DNA of 64,000 bases from Eledone cirrhosa (GCA_964016885.1 CAXHJY010000353.1:66626-130625); one strand, 5' to 3'; shown: positions 13,446-27,579, counted from the stretch's first letter. Program-made: numbers and translations. The notes: a model not told the origin generated them from the sequence alone.

Positions 13446-14013
13446 TATGAGACAGGTTGTACTGGGATACATGTTACCAGTAGTTGGTGCTACTGGTAAC
13501 ATGTATCCCAGTACAACATGTCTCATGGTCGAGTCGTTGGCGACTAAACTGGCAACCCCACCAAGGTTTCTTGGTGAGGAGGGTGACTTTGGACATCCTG
13601 CAGGACTAAAAACAAAACCTGTCAAAGGAGCTCTTAAGAGTCAATGGCCATCCAAAATCACCGGGAGAGATGACCCCTGAGCCTTTGTCAAGGCAGAATT
13701 CTAGGAGAAGGAAAACTCTGATATAACACCTGCAACCCTGATGGTATCCAATGATGTTGACTTGTTCTTCTTTTTTGGTAAATATCATCTTTGTTAAGAG
13801 AGTGGGACTGGCTTTGTGCAGTGCCTTTGCTCACTATAAAAGCTTCACGGCACAGGCATTGCTTTATATCTGGAGATCTCTCTGCACTTGTTGTCACATG
13901 GTACCATGGGCCCAGCACTATGTGTCAGTAATTGTCACAGGTGTAGTGTTTGTACCAGAGTTTTTAAGTTGCTGGCTGGACTGAAAAGTCACAATCATTC
14001 AGCGCATCGGTAG
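13446..14013 (+). mobile_element. Dispersed repeat, probable LINE (RTE-like) 5' UTR fragment, copy 1 with fold-back head
   Basis: Highly similar to 17147-17693; contains CTAGGAGAAGGAAAACTCTG, which I recall from RTE-type 5' UTRs. First ~37 bp are an inverted copy of the following sequence. Confidence 0.6.
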
Positions 14014-14397
14014 GATATGTATATATGGATATATATATGTATATATATATATGTATATGTATATATGTATATATATGTATATATATATATGTATATGTAT
14101 ATATATGTATATATATATATGTATATGTATATATGTATATATGTATATATATGTATATGTATATATGTATATATATGTATATATATGTATATATGTATAT
14201 CTATATATGTACATATATGTATATATGTATATATATGTATATATGTATATATGTATATATCTATATATCTATATATGTATATATGTATATATGTATATAT
14301 ATGTATATATGTATATATATATGTATATATGTATATGTATATATATGTATATATATATCTATATATGTATATATATATACATATATATATACATATA

Positions 14398-14932
14398 TAA
14401 CTTTGAACTTTGAATAACTTTGAAATGTTTTGGCCAGTATTGGCCCAGGCCATGTCTAACTTAATAGCACCACCTGGCGAAGTCTTTCAATTCAAGATTT
14501 GGGCACCATGGCCCATTCGAGAAGAGAATTACTGTTTGCGGAGACATATCCGGGTGTGGGTGGTTTGTCCGGGATTACTTGGAGGAATTTGTCCAAAGAC
14601 TTCTTGAATTTTGTGTGGTCAGTTTCTGTTTTGAGGTGTCCTGGTGTGATGTTGAAGAGAGCAGGGCCGATTGAGGTAAAATAATTGTGCCGTATTGTGT
14701 TACGAGTTGCGATTTAGATTTTTGAATGGGACGGATAGCACGGGGCCCAAGCCTTGGGTGTATCTTGAAGGCGATGCCAACATCATTTGGGCAGTGATGA
14801 TGGAACATTTTCCACATCATGCAGATAATATAACGTTCACGGCGACGTTGGAGTGAGTAAAGTTTCAGGTTTTCCAATCGACCCCAGTAGTCAAGGTCTG
14901 ACATGCCATCTATCTTTTTCGTGATTGCCCTT
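14398..14932 (-). mobile_element. CR1-like LINE 3' fragment
   Basis: [25 protein letters not shown], the typical CR1 ORF2 C-terminal motif; the 3' end runs into microsatellite. Confidence 0.8.
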
Positions 14933-15055
14933 TATATATATACATACATATATATATACATACATACATACATATATATACATACATATACATATATACA
15001 TACATATACATATATACATACATATACATATATATATACATACATATATATATAC

Positions 15056-15094
<39 letters not shown>

Positions 15095-15215
15095 CATACA
15101 TATATATATACATACATATATATATATACATATATATACATACATATATATATACACATATATATATACATACATATATATATACATATATATATATATA
15201 CATATATATATATAC

Positions 15216-15293
<78 letters not shown>

Positions 15294-15393
15294 GTATACA
15301 TATATATATATAAACATATATATATATAAACATATATATATATAAACATATATATATATAAACATATATATATATACATATATATATATAAAC

Positions 15394-15686
<293 letters not shown>

Positions 15687-16131
15687 CATATAAACATATA
15701 TATATATATATATACATATAAACATATATATATATATACATATAAACATATATATATATATACATATAAACATATATATATATATACATATATATACATA
15801 TATATATATACATATATATACATACATATATATACATATATATACATATATATACATATATATACATATACATATATATACATATATATATATATATATA
15901 CATATATATACATGTATTTGTGTCTGTGTGCGTGTGTTATGCTATGTTTATCCGCATGTATATATATACGTGTGCGGCTGTGTAACACTTGGATGTATGA
16001 CAGATGGATTGTTGTGTCAACACTACGGTCTGTCATATATCGCACACACATAATACCTCACGTAACGTCCACACAGTCGACTGTGTAAACATACTCATTA
16101 CTGACACACTACCACACACACAAATACTTAA

Positions 16132-16350
16132 CCCTTTAGTGTTCAAACCACCCAAAACCGGCCAGAACTCTCTACCTCTTTCTGTTGAAACTGGCTCTAA
16201 CTGGTTGCTCAAACTGATGTTAAGGTATTGTTTTCAAAATAAATACTTCAAAGTCTCATAGATTCGATATTATGTGAGATAATTATGTGAGGTAAAGCCT
16301 TTACCATTAAAATATAATAGTATATATAAATTAATGTGAATGCTAAAGGG
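16132..16350. mobile_element. piggyBac-type MITE
   Basis: TTAA|CCCTTTAG ... CTAAAGGG|TTAA: CCC-starting TIRs with TTAA target duplication. Confidence 0.75.
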
Positions 16351-16413
16351 TTAAACACACAGAAATGCACACGCACTTACATATAATCTCCATATGATAT
16401 AGGCATATATGTA

Positions 16414-16465
<52 letters not shown>

Positions 16466-16484
16466 ATAAACATCTAAAGTCTGT

Positions 16485-16758
16485 CTGTCTTAATCCAGAA
16501 GGCTCATTTGGCCGGTGCTTATCCCAGTTTCATGGCGTGAAGCGACTGAGAGTACAAGACTCCCCCCTGGACAGGACGCCAGTCCATTGCAGGGTTAAAC
16601 TTCCAGCTATTGCTGGTACTCATTTTCAGCTGAGTATACTGGAGCAACGTGATATGAAATGTTTTGCTCAATAACACAACATGCAACCCAGGAATCGAAC
16701 CCACGACATTATGATCGTAAGTCCAACACTCTTACCATTAGGCCACGTGCCTCTACAC
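16485..16758 (-). mobile_element. tRNA-derived SINE family 2 with a conserved (V/Deu-like) central domain
   Basis: Minus strand: GTGGCCTAATGGTAAG A-box, GGTTCGATTCC B-box, then CCCTGCAATGGACTGGCGTCCTGTCCAGGG resembling the V-SINE core. Confidence 0.7.
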
Positions 16759-16834
16759 GCGTATAAACACACACACACACATTATATATATATATATATA
16801 CAGATGCAGATGTGTATATATGTATGTGTGTGTG

Positions 16835-17020
16835 TCAGGTCGCTCTTCAGCGCTAACGGTACATGTAACCCAGCACAACATGTACATGGTCGCGTCGTTG
16901 GCGACTAAACCGGCAACCCCACCAATCATGCATGGTGGGGAGGGTGAATTTCGACACTGCGCAGGATGAAAAACAAAACCACTCAAGCGATGGCATTATT
17001 CGAGAACGAGTTGCAGCCAT
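16835..17020 (+). mobile_element. Diverged relative of the same repeat head
   Basis: Shares GTCGTTGGCGACTAAACCGGCAACCCCACCA and AAAAACAAAACC with copies 1 and 2. Confidence 0.55.
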
Positions 17021-17146
17021 CATGCATGTATGTACGTATGTATATATGTATGCATATATGTATGTAGGTACGTATGTATATATGTATGCATATATGTATG
17101 TAGGTACGTATGTATATATCTATATATATGTATGTATATATGTATG

Positions 17147-17780
17147 TCAGGTCACCAGTTGGTGCTACTGGTAACATGTATCCCAGTACAACCTGTCGCA
17201 TGGTCGGGTCGTTGGCGACTAAACCGGCAACCCCACCAAGGTTTCTTGGTGAGGAGGGCGACTTTGGACATCCTGCAGGACTAAAAACGAAACCTGTCAA
17301 AGGTTAAAGGAGCTCTTAAGAGTCAAAGGCCATCCAAAATCACCGGGAGAGATGACCCATTAGCCTTTGTCAAGGCAGAATTCTAGAAGGAAAACTCTGA
17401 TATAACACCTTCAACCCTGATGATATCCAATGATGTTGACTTGTTCTTCTTTTTGGTAAATATCATCTTGGTTAAGAGAGTGGGACTGGCTTTGTGCAGT
17501 GCCTTTTCTCACTATAAAAGCTTCACGGCACAGGCATTGCTTTATATCTGGAGATCTCTCTGCACTTGTCGTCACATGGTACCATGGGCCCAGCACTATG
17601 TGTCAATAATTGTCTCAAGTGTAGTGTTTGCACCTGAGTTTTCAAGTCGCTGGCTGGACTTAAAAGTCACACTCGTTCAGCACATCGGTAGGGATTCTCC
17701 TACATGGATATAAAGTAGTGGCCGTACTCGAAAACGAGTTGGCAGCCACCATGTAGGGACTTTTACATCGTGACATAAGC
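17147..17780 (+). mobile_element. Same repeat, copy 2
   Basis: Direct similarity to 13487-14013; flanked 5' by microsatellite. Confidence 0.6.
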
Positions 17781-17843
17781 TAAACTATAATGTGATCTTC
17801 ATGAGCTTCTCCTTTAACCAACTCTGCTATCATCATAAGAAGG

Positions 17844-17990
17844 GTAACTGACACTAACTGATAACAATACATCATACAGTCATAATTTGAGCCCTATATT
17901 TAACACACCAAACAGAGTTTAAGTTACTGACACTGACTGATAACAATGCATTTTATAGTCAACATTTGAGCCCTAAATTTGACACACCAA
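17844..17990. repeat. ~80 bp tandem duplication
   Basis: ACTGACACT(A/G)ACTGATAACAAT..TTTGAGCCCTA..ACACCAAA x2. Confidence 0.75.
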
Positions 17991-18549
17991 ATTGTATTTA
18001 AGTTCAACCTGTAACATGCTCATATGCTTTTCCACCACCAGTAGCAGCAGTAGCACCACCTCCACCACCACCACACCACTCCAGCGAATAAGAGGGTCTA
18101 GTGAGTCAAGTGGGTATAGATTGGGATTTCCACCAGTAAGTACACTCTAGAATCAGGGGTGTGCTTCAATAGGTTTAATGTCAGAGGTTGCGTGAGAAAA
18201 AAAAAAAAACTGAGATTTTGTTTGGACGATGGACGGGTACGTAAAATAAAATTCATTAAAAAAAGCAAAAAAAAACAATTCAACTTTTTTTTTTTTTTGC
18301 TCATTTTCAAATGTTATTGTTATCGTTTTATTTTTGAGGTTTATGTTGTTATTTTTATTGGTTTAATTGTATTTTTTTTTTTTTACAATTATTTTCTTGT
18401 TATGTTAGTTACGTGAGTCATTCTGTCCAAATCTGATTGATAGCTGTGTTATATTTCTCCTCTACTCTGTATGATTCTATGTTTGTATGTCTGCTTCTGT
18501 ATTTGTCTGGTTTTCTTTCTTCCTGCCTCTCACCATCTTTCTCTCCATG

Positions 18550-18685
<136 letters not shown>

Positions 18686-18736
18686 CACACACACAAACAC
18701 ACGTGTCTGTGTGTATATATATATATATATATGTAT

Positions 18737-18932
18737 ATTGGAAAAAGTATGAACCCGACGGCAGAGCTCAAGTCATTTCGACGGCTATTTCTAATCCAGA
18801 AATAGCCGTCGAAACCGCTTCAGCTCTGCCGTCGGTGTCATACTTTTTCCTATTACCCACTCTACTACCCTAAGTATTGAGCACTCTGGTGCGTTATGGT
18901 CCATCTGGTTCCTTACCACAATTCCTTCGTTA
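18737..18932 (+). mobile_element. Fold-back family A short element (representative copy)
   Basis: Palindromic head CCGACGGCAGAGCTC...GAGCTCTGCCGTCGG-like plus ~100 bp tail CTCTACTACCC..GGTGCGTTATGG..CTTACCAC. Related copies at ~3455-3800, 12370-12420, 25125-25240, 25772-25945, 25965-26146, 31325-31492, 37790-37990 and 44345-44492, all next to (TA)n. Confidence 0.75.
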
Positions 18933-19002
18933 TATATATATACCATAGAATTAGAATTCAACTTCGAACATAGTTATATACAATTATGTATTTGAATTTA
19001 GA

Positions 19003-19160
19003 ATTTCTAAAGAAATAAGATATGTTTATAAATAAATATTTAGAAAGCCATAGCTATAAATAACACACTGACAAGCCTGGTGGCGTTAGCTGCCAGTGCG
19101 TTATTCATAGCTATGTCTTTCTAAATATTTATTTTAAAACATACCATATTTCTTTAGAAA
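19003..19160. repeat. Inverted repeat (~68 bp arms)
   Basis: ATTTCTAAAGAAATA...AACACACTG / CAGTGCGTT...TATTTCTTTAGAAAT. Confidence 0.8.
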
Positions 19161-19937
19161 TATATATATATATATATTACAGACAAAAATATATGCAGAA
19201 AGTCACACAAACGCAGAAAATCCTATGTATACTTAGATACTTACATCAGTTTGAGTAATTGTCTTTTGCCTTTTTCCCGCCTGTGTACAATACAGAATAA
19301 GTCTTCATTCAATATTTCTGAAGGATGTATATGTAACACACTCACAAACATACTAACAAATACTCATGCACGCATTTTCGGAATTAATGTGTGTATGTTA
19401 TTCAGGATTACACGTCGCACATAATCTAAGACAAACATTACCTGAACAAGTGCTGAATGAAGTAACAATCTCATTTAACTTCTTATGAGTTGCTAACATC
19501 CGATACATATATATATATCTATAGAGATCGAACCTTGAGCGGATCAATAGCGAAACACGTGTACCACATGGATAAAAATTCATTGATATTTATTTACATG
19601 GACATTTCGCATACGATTCAATATACAACCCCCCCCCCCCTCACACACACACACACATGGACACCCACACACGCACATATGTATATATACGTGTGTGTGT
19701 GTGTGTGTATGTATGCATGCATGTATATAATGTTTTTATCACAAAGGTAGAAACAAATATAGATATGTTTATAGGTGTTTGCTCAGAAAAAGAATAGATA
19801 TTTGAAGGGTGAATTCTCGTTGCTCTGTCATTGACCAACAAGGAATATGTAGCCCAGAAGACCACAACTGTGTGAATATATATGGTGTTACTGTTTTGAT
19901 CATAGACAACCAATATGCAAAATAAATAAAATCACTC

Positions 19938-20029
<92 letters not shown>

Positions 20030-20434
20030 GGGGGGGGGTATACAACATCACACTCACGCATACGTATAGCCAACCCAACAAATGAATATGTATATAAATA
20101 CATAGTGAAGAAAATAAATAAATATATATATATATATATATTAATATATAAAGGTATATATAAATAAATAAATAATATAAACATCCAATATATAATAATA
20201 ATAAAAAAAATAATAAATATATGGATAAATCCGTAAATAAATCATGTGACATGAAGAATTACTGCTTAGTGTCTGCAGACTTGTCGTTCGAGATTATGGC
20301 TGGCTTAGATTTAAAGGGTTTGACAGACAGTTCTGCGGCTTGTGGTTACTGGAAATGGAAGCAGGTGCGATTAATGCATCCCTAAAGGGCTTTAAGGATG
20401 TTGACAGATACACAAGGATGATGAAGGCAACACA

Positions 20435-21530
20435 ATGGTGGCTGCAATGATGGTGGTGGTTATGCTGGTGGTTGTTATAGTAATGGTTGTGGTGGTTGTG
20501 ATAGTGGTGGCTCTGCTGGTGGAGGTTGTGTTGTTGGTTGTTATAGTGTTGATGGTGATGGTGGTGGTTGTGTTGGTGGTTGTAATAGTAATGGTTGTGG
20601 TGGTTGTGATAGCGGTGGTTGTGATAGTGGTGGTTGGTTGTGCTGGTGGAGGTTGTGTTGTTGGTTGTTATAGTGTTGATGGTGATGGTGGTGGTTGTGT
20701 TGGTGGTTGTGGTTGTGGTGGTTGTGATAGTGGTGGTTGTGCTGGTGGAGGTTGTGTTGTTGGTTGTTATAGTGTTGATGGTGATGGTGGTGGTTGTGTT
20801 GGTGGTTGTGGTTGTGGTGGTTGTGATAGTGGTGGTTGTGCTGGTGGAGGTTGTGTTGTTGGTTGTTATAGTGTTGATGGTGATGGTGGTGGTTGTGTTG
20901 GTGGTTATGATAGTAATGGTTGTGGTGGTTGTGATAGTGGTGGCTGTGCTGGTGGAGGTGTTGTTGTTGGTTGTTATAGTGTTGATGGTGATGGTGGTGG
21001 TTGTGTTGGTGGTTATGATAGTAATGGTTGTGGTGGTTGTGATAGTGGTGGCTGTGCTGGTGGAGGTTGTGTTGTTGGTTGTTATAGTATTGATGGTGAT
21101 GGTGGAGGTTGTGATGGTTGTTGTGATGCTGGTGGTGATAGTTATATTTGTGTTTCTGCTCGTAGTTGTGATTGTGGAATTGGTGGAGATGCTGCTATAT
21201 AATGGTGGTGCTAATGTTGGTTGTGATGGTGGCGGTTGTATGCCTTGTGATAATGTGGGTTTTGTTGATTGTGATAATAGCTGTTTTGTTGTTGTTGTTG
21301 GTGGTGGTGGTTGTGTTGGGTGTTACGGTGTTGATGGTGGTGGTGTTGGTTGTGTTGTTGATGGAGGTGTTTGCGTTGTTTGTGACGGCGGTGATTGTGT
21401 TTGTGTTGGTAGCTGTGATTGTGGAATTGGTGAAGATGTTGTTTTATAAAGGTGGTGCTGATGTTGGTGTTGGTTGTGATAAAGGTGGCTGTGTTGTCAT
21501 TGTTAATGTGGGAGTTGTGTTGGTGGTGGC
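20435..21530. repeat. GGT/TGT-derived minisatellite, units of ~99-126 bp
   Basis: GCTGGTGGAGGT recurs at ~20516, 20642, 20741, 20840, 20948 and 21056. Confidence 0.85.
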
Positions 21531-22321
21531 AGCGTACTGGGCAGGAGATATTTACCTGGTATGTATTTCTCGTGTTGGCCATCAAATGAAATTGGTCCCT
21601 TTGGGTATTTAGGAAAGAACACATTGAAAATTAAACAAAAAAATATAAACAATAAACGACGATAAACAAAACAAAACAAAAACAGTGAAAGCAAACGAGT
21701 GAGAGAGAGAAAGAGAGAGAGAGAAAGAAAGAGAGAGGGAGAAAGAGAAAGAGAGAGAGAAAGAGAGAGAGATAAAGAGAAAGAGAAGGAGAGAGAGAGA
21801 GAGAGAGAGAGAAAGAGGGAGAAAAAGAGAGAGAGAGAGAAAGAGGGAGAAAGAGAAGGAGAGAGAGAGATAGCTGTGTGAAAACACGGGAATGTGAGTG
21901 AGAAAAAGTGAGGGATGATTAGTATATTAGATGCGAAGAGATGATGCGACAATCGTGCGTGTTTTGTGATATGTTGAGACGACTGAAGATGAGATGTGAC
22001 GACATAATAACGGTGGGTTGAAGCAAGACAATTGTGGCTAAGATTTAAGAAAGTGTTTCTAGTCAGGTGCAGGGTAAGGGCGAGTGAGGCAAAGAAGGTT
22101 TTCAACGTGAAGACTTGTCTGAAATTAGGCTTCAGTTGACACCAAAATCTGAAAAATTGATGGATATAAACGTGTCTCTGTCGACACCAACGCCTGGCAT
22201 ATTGGTGCGTATAATCGTGGGTCAGCCAACACCAATGCCATACATATATTGTTAGATGAAATCAATGTTCGAGTCTACATGAATATTTGAAATATTCTTG
22301 GGTAAAAACGAATATAATTTG

Positions 22322-22525
22322 TCAGCTTCCTCCTCGTACCGGTCCTCGTCGAGAACACAGGCGTACTTGGAGGCCGTACAGTCGAGCTCCTCCGCAAGAC
22401 CGGAACGTCGCCGGCCCGTCTAAGGAAGGAGCGCCGCGAGGTTGGATGGCTGTTTCAGTGTGTGTCGCTGGCCATTATCCGCGGGAATGCTATTGCCGGC
22501 TTGTCCGTAGGGTGCAGCCCCAACA
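22322..22525 (+). mobile_element. Second CRE-like RLE retrotransposon, extreme 3' fragment
   Basis: GC-rich; VPVLVENTGVLG and WLFQCVSLAIIRGNA, matching the C-terminal motif of the 4735-5400 element. Confidence 0.7.
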
Positions 22526-22539
22526 CCAGTTACTGACAT

Positions 22540-22727
22540 TAATTGTTTCTACTTTAGGAACAAGGCCAGCAATTACCCAGTGCATTACTGGTACTTTATT
22601 TTATCGACCCCGTAAGGATGAAAGTCAAAGTCAACCTCGGAGGGATTTGAACTCAGATCGTAAAGGGACGTAACTATGCTGGAAAGCATGGCGTCCGACC
22701 CTCTACCGATACTGCGAATCCACCGCC
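22540..22727 (-). mobile_element. SINE family 1 with TSD
   Basis: TSD CCAGTTACTGACATTAAT at 22526 and 22726. Confidence 0.88.
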
Positions 22728-23016
22728 AGTTACTGACATTAATGGCTGCGAACAAGGCCCATTTCACAGCAATATCTGGCATATAGTTGAGTAAAAGCGA
22801 GAACGAGTGCAAACCAACATCTCAGACATTGAAAGATAATTTGACCCCCTCCCCCACCTCATAATTACATCTAGATATGAATAATGGGATATTTTACACT
22901 ATTTTCTAAACTATTATTTATACCAATCGACGGTGGTAACAGTTATTTCTACATTTGGGGTTCCTACATTTACTATAACTTTCTAACTACCCGAAATTAC
23001 TATAGTATATATATAA

Positions 23017-23184
23017 ATGTTTCTACTTTAGGCACAAGGCCAGTAATTAGCCAGTGCATTACTGGTACTTTATTTTATTGACCCCGTAAGGATGAAAGGC
23101 AAAGTAAACATCAGACCGTAAAGGGACGTAACTATGGTGGTAAACATGGCGTCCGACTCTCTACCGATACTGCCAATCCACCGT
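23017..23184 (-). mobile_element. SINE family 1 (B-box region deleted)
   Basis: Consensus match with an internal deletion. Confidence 0.8.
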
Positions 23185-23468
23185 TCTATAGTATATATAA
23201 AATGTCATATATATATATATATATACATACATACACACATATATACACATACATACACACATATATACACATACACACATATATATATATATATATATAC
23301 ATACATACACATACAGGCATATATATATATATATATATATATACATACATACATATATACACATACACACATATATATATATACATACATACATACATAT
23401 ATACACACATATATATATATACATACATACATACATATATATACATACATACATACATATATACACAT

Positions 23469-23505
<37 letters not shown>

Positions 23506-23894
23506 CATACATACGTATATATATATATATACATATCCATACATACACAAACACATGTATGTATGGATATGTATATATATATATACAAATATATATATAC
23601 AAATATATTACACAAATAGAAGTATGTTACACAGTGACATGTGTGTAAAGAATTATTAAAAGTGATGTTTACCGTTACTGTATAGCAAATAATATCTACA
23701 GGTTTAGCAATTAAATCACGTGTAATAATCCTTTACACACATTTCAATGTGTAACACACTTCTATTTGCGTAATATATTTGTATCTGAGCTCTGAAGAAA
23801 ATTCTCTATTCTTCTTTGAGCTAATATTATTATTATTACTGTGAACTGCTGAATACTCTCAATTCCGATCCTAGTATATATATATATATGTATG

Positions 23895-24028
<134 letters not shown>

Positions 24029-24034
24029 TGTATA

Positions 24035-24195
<161 letters not shown>

Positions 24196-24308
24196 TACGG
24201 CCCTTGATAAACCTGTTCTACATCATCCACTCTCATCCCAGGAACAGTCTTTGATAGCGCTAGTTTGTGATTTAAATTCAGGAATTTTATATTCTTTGAA
24301 TGAAAAGA

Positions 24309-24392
24309 ACCTTCTGACGAGAATCTCTCTTTGCAACGAAGGCCGTATGGCCTACGTTTTATTTTTGGGATTCGAAACCGATCGGTAAAGGT
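24309..24392 (+). ncRNA. Type I hammerhead ribozyme motif
   Basis: ACCTT-CTGACGA-GAATC..(43 nt)..GATTC-GAAA-CCGATCGG-TA-AAGGT: all three stems pair, palindromic stem III, GUA cleavage triplet. Confidence 0.8.
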
Positions 24393-24565
24393 AACTATAG
24401 TAGGTAAAGTCAATTTTTTAAAATTTATTTTGAAACTTTTTCATTATTTACTAAACCTTGTTTATATTTGTTCTGGCTCGTTAATTTATTAACCCGCCAT
24501 TGAACCACACTGGCACTTGGTTGGACAATACATGCGTACCCTGGCGCCTTGTGCGTGAAAGGACG

Positions 24566-24683
<118 letters not shown>

Positions 24684-24732
24684 ATGTGTATATATGTGTG
24701 TATGTATATATATATATGTATATATGTGTGTA

Positions 24733-24803
<71 letters not shown>

Positions 24804-24945
24804 ATGTGTGTGTGCGTGTGCATGTGTGTGTGTGTGTGCATGTGTGTTTATCTACTTTTATATTTATTCTGTTTCCTTTCCTTCTTCCTTTTCCAGCCTC
24901 ACTTTCATATAGATTATATTTTTGTTTTTAAAATCCACAGGATTT

Positions 24946-25006
24946 TTTCATTCTGATGACTGAAAGCAAGTTTTGTTTGCTTTCAAGAAACCACTGGTAA
25001 ATGAAA
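24946..25006 (+). ncRNA. Type I hammerhead ribozyme motif
   Basis: TTTCATT-CTGATGA-c-TGAAAGCAA gttttg TTTGCTTTCA-a-GAAA-CCA c TGG-TA-AATGAAA. Confidence 0.75.
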
Positions 25007-25242
25007 TAATTATCTTATGTTGTTTATTATATAACTATTAAGCTCTGTAACCTACATAGAGCACTCTGTTTTCCTGGACCTTTCCGACGGAATTTCTTCA
25101 TTCATATATATATATATATATATATAACAAAGAAAGTGTGGTAAGGAACCAGGTAAGCCATAACGCACCAGTGTACTCGATACTTAAGGTAGTAGAGTGG
25201 GTAAGAGGAAAAGAGTCAGGACCCCGTCGGCTGACTCTTTAC

Positions 25243-25295
<53 letters not shown>

Positions 25296-25404
25296 TATGT
25301 ATATACATACTACTGTATGTCTGTATACATATATGTATGTACGTATACATACTTATATTTAAGTATCAGCCGTACTAAGAGTGAGAAATGAAATTTCATT
25401 TTTT

Positions 25405-25485
<81 letters not shown>

Positions 25486-25612
25486 AAGTTTCTATTTAAA
25501 TTGTTGGGATACAACAAGCAAATATTTTTATAACTGATATAAAGCACTCAACAAATAATTGGAGTAAAAATACGATATTAACAAATGGAAACTATATTTA
25601 TAAAACCATATT

Positions 25613-25677
25613 TATTTCATTATACATATTTCAAGGACACCAAGTTAAATTATGGTGTGCTTTCATCAGATAAAATA
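25613..25677 (-). ncRNA. Type I hammerhead ribozyme motif (family B)
   Basis: TATTTTAT-CTGATGA-AAGCACACCA..TGGTGTCCTT-GAAA-TATGTA-TA-ATGAAATA. Confidence 0.7.
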
Positions 25678-26144
25678 TAATATAGAGCAGTTTTATAAAT
25701 AAATATTGACATACCCTTAAAGAATGCAACCATTTCTGTTGGAAGCTCCCGGATAGTATATATATATATATTATAAGAAGTCTGGACTCCGACGGCTGAG
25801 CTCTTGCCGATTCATTGTTGAAATGGCAAGAGCTCAGCCGTCGGGTTCCACACTCTTTATAGTATAACCATACTCTACTACCCCATGCATCGAGTACTCT
25901 GTTGAGTAATGGCCTAACCCGTTTCAATCTGAATCCCTCCTGATATATACATATATATATATATATAGCGAAGGAAAAGTGGTAAGGAACCAGGTGGGCC
26001 ATAACGCACCAAAGTACTCAATACTTAGGGTAGTAGAGTGGGTAATAGGAGTAAGTAAGACCCCGACGGCTGAGCTCAAGCCGTTTCGACGGCTAATTCT
26101 GTACTGAGTACAGAATTGAGCTCAGCCGGGGTCTTACTTACTCC

Positions 26145-26293
<149 letters not shown>

Positions 26294-27137
26294 ATTTGAA
26301 ACTCAACGCAAATAAAACCTGTCGAAACAGTAAAATATCGTCAATGACGATGTTGGATATATATATATATATATATATGTTATAAGGGTATATATGTAAA
26401 AAGTAAACAGAAACAACAAAGCAAACAACGCGGTACAGAGAAGAAATATATTAGTTTAACGCTTGATATAGTAGCAAGATAGAATGAGCAATAAAAGACG
26501 AACTAGAAAGACATAGAGAGATAGGGAGAAGAGGAAGGAGAAGGAATGGTAATATATGTATATATACATTTCAAAACTAGTATTTGTTACTTTGGGATTT
26601 TCATTCTTTACTGAGATGTTAATAATCCTTCAAGAGAACATCTATTTATCTAAATCCACTTCACCAAAAGTCCACCAGTAGCAAAGAAGAGAAAGACACA
26701 CTAAAAAACAACAACAACAACATAAAAATCAACAACAAAAAAAACCCACAACAACAACAGCAAAAAAACAACAAAGAAAAATGCACCATTGATCACATTA
26801 GACCATTATCCATAATCTGGAATGAGAAAGTCATCATAATTCTAATACTCAGATTGCCTGCACGTCCGGGTTAAGTCGAACAATATTTCATTCACTTCTT
26901 TACTATCTCTGATTCGAGAAGAAGCTTTTTTTCCTTTTTAGTACGTTGTGTAGAATTCCTTTCGCTTTGGTTGCTGAACTTTTGCCTTGGTTAGCTTCGG
27001 ATGAATGCACACGTAATCTCTCATGTGTGTATTATCAGATTATCCTCAAGTAGAGGAACTTTTTGTTTTCTAAATCGGTTTTTATGCTGGTTTTCATTGT
27101 TGTTTTGTTGTTGTTGTTGTTATTGTTATTATTTTTG

Positions 27138-27559
27138 TAGATTGGTAGTATCGGTAGAGTGTCGGACAACATGATTGATGACGTAGAGTTACGGCCCTTT
27201 ATGATCTGAGTTCAAATCCCGCTGAGGTTACCTTTGCCTTTCATCCTTACGGGGTCGATAAAAGAAAGTACCAGCAAGGCACTGGGGTCGATTTAATCGA
27301 CTTTCCCCTCCCCTAAAATTGCTGGCCTTGTGCCTATATAAGAAACCATTCTTCTTTTTATTATTATTATTGTTGAGTAAAGTACCAGTAATGCACTGGG
27401 GTAATTGCTGGCCTTGTGCCTAAAGTAGAGACAATTATTATTATTGTTGAGTAAAGTACCAGTAATACACTGGATATTTGCTGGCCTTGTGCCTAAAGTA
27501 GAGACCATTTTTATTATTGTTGAGGACTGAGTTCAAATCCCGCCGAGGTTAGCTTTGCC
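27138..27559 (+). mobile_element. SINE family 1 plus tandem partial copies
   Basis: Full long-form copy 27138-27349, two tandem tail copies (TTGTTGAGTAAAGTACCAG...) and a B-box fragment. Confidence 0.8.
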
Positions 27560-27579
27560 AAAAGATGTCAACGAGAATA

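Noticed and set aside
23788-23823. Hammerhead at AGCTCTGAAGA..AGCT
   Set aside because: No GAAA or stem III between the core and the stem I partner.
27350-27560. CRISPR-like repeat-spacer pattern
   Set aside because: Tandem SINE tail duplications in eukaryotic DNA; no unique spacers or cas genes.
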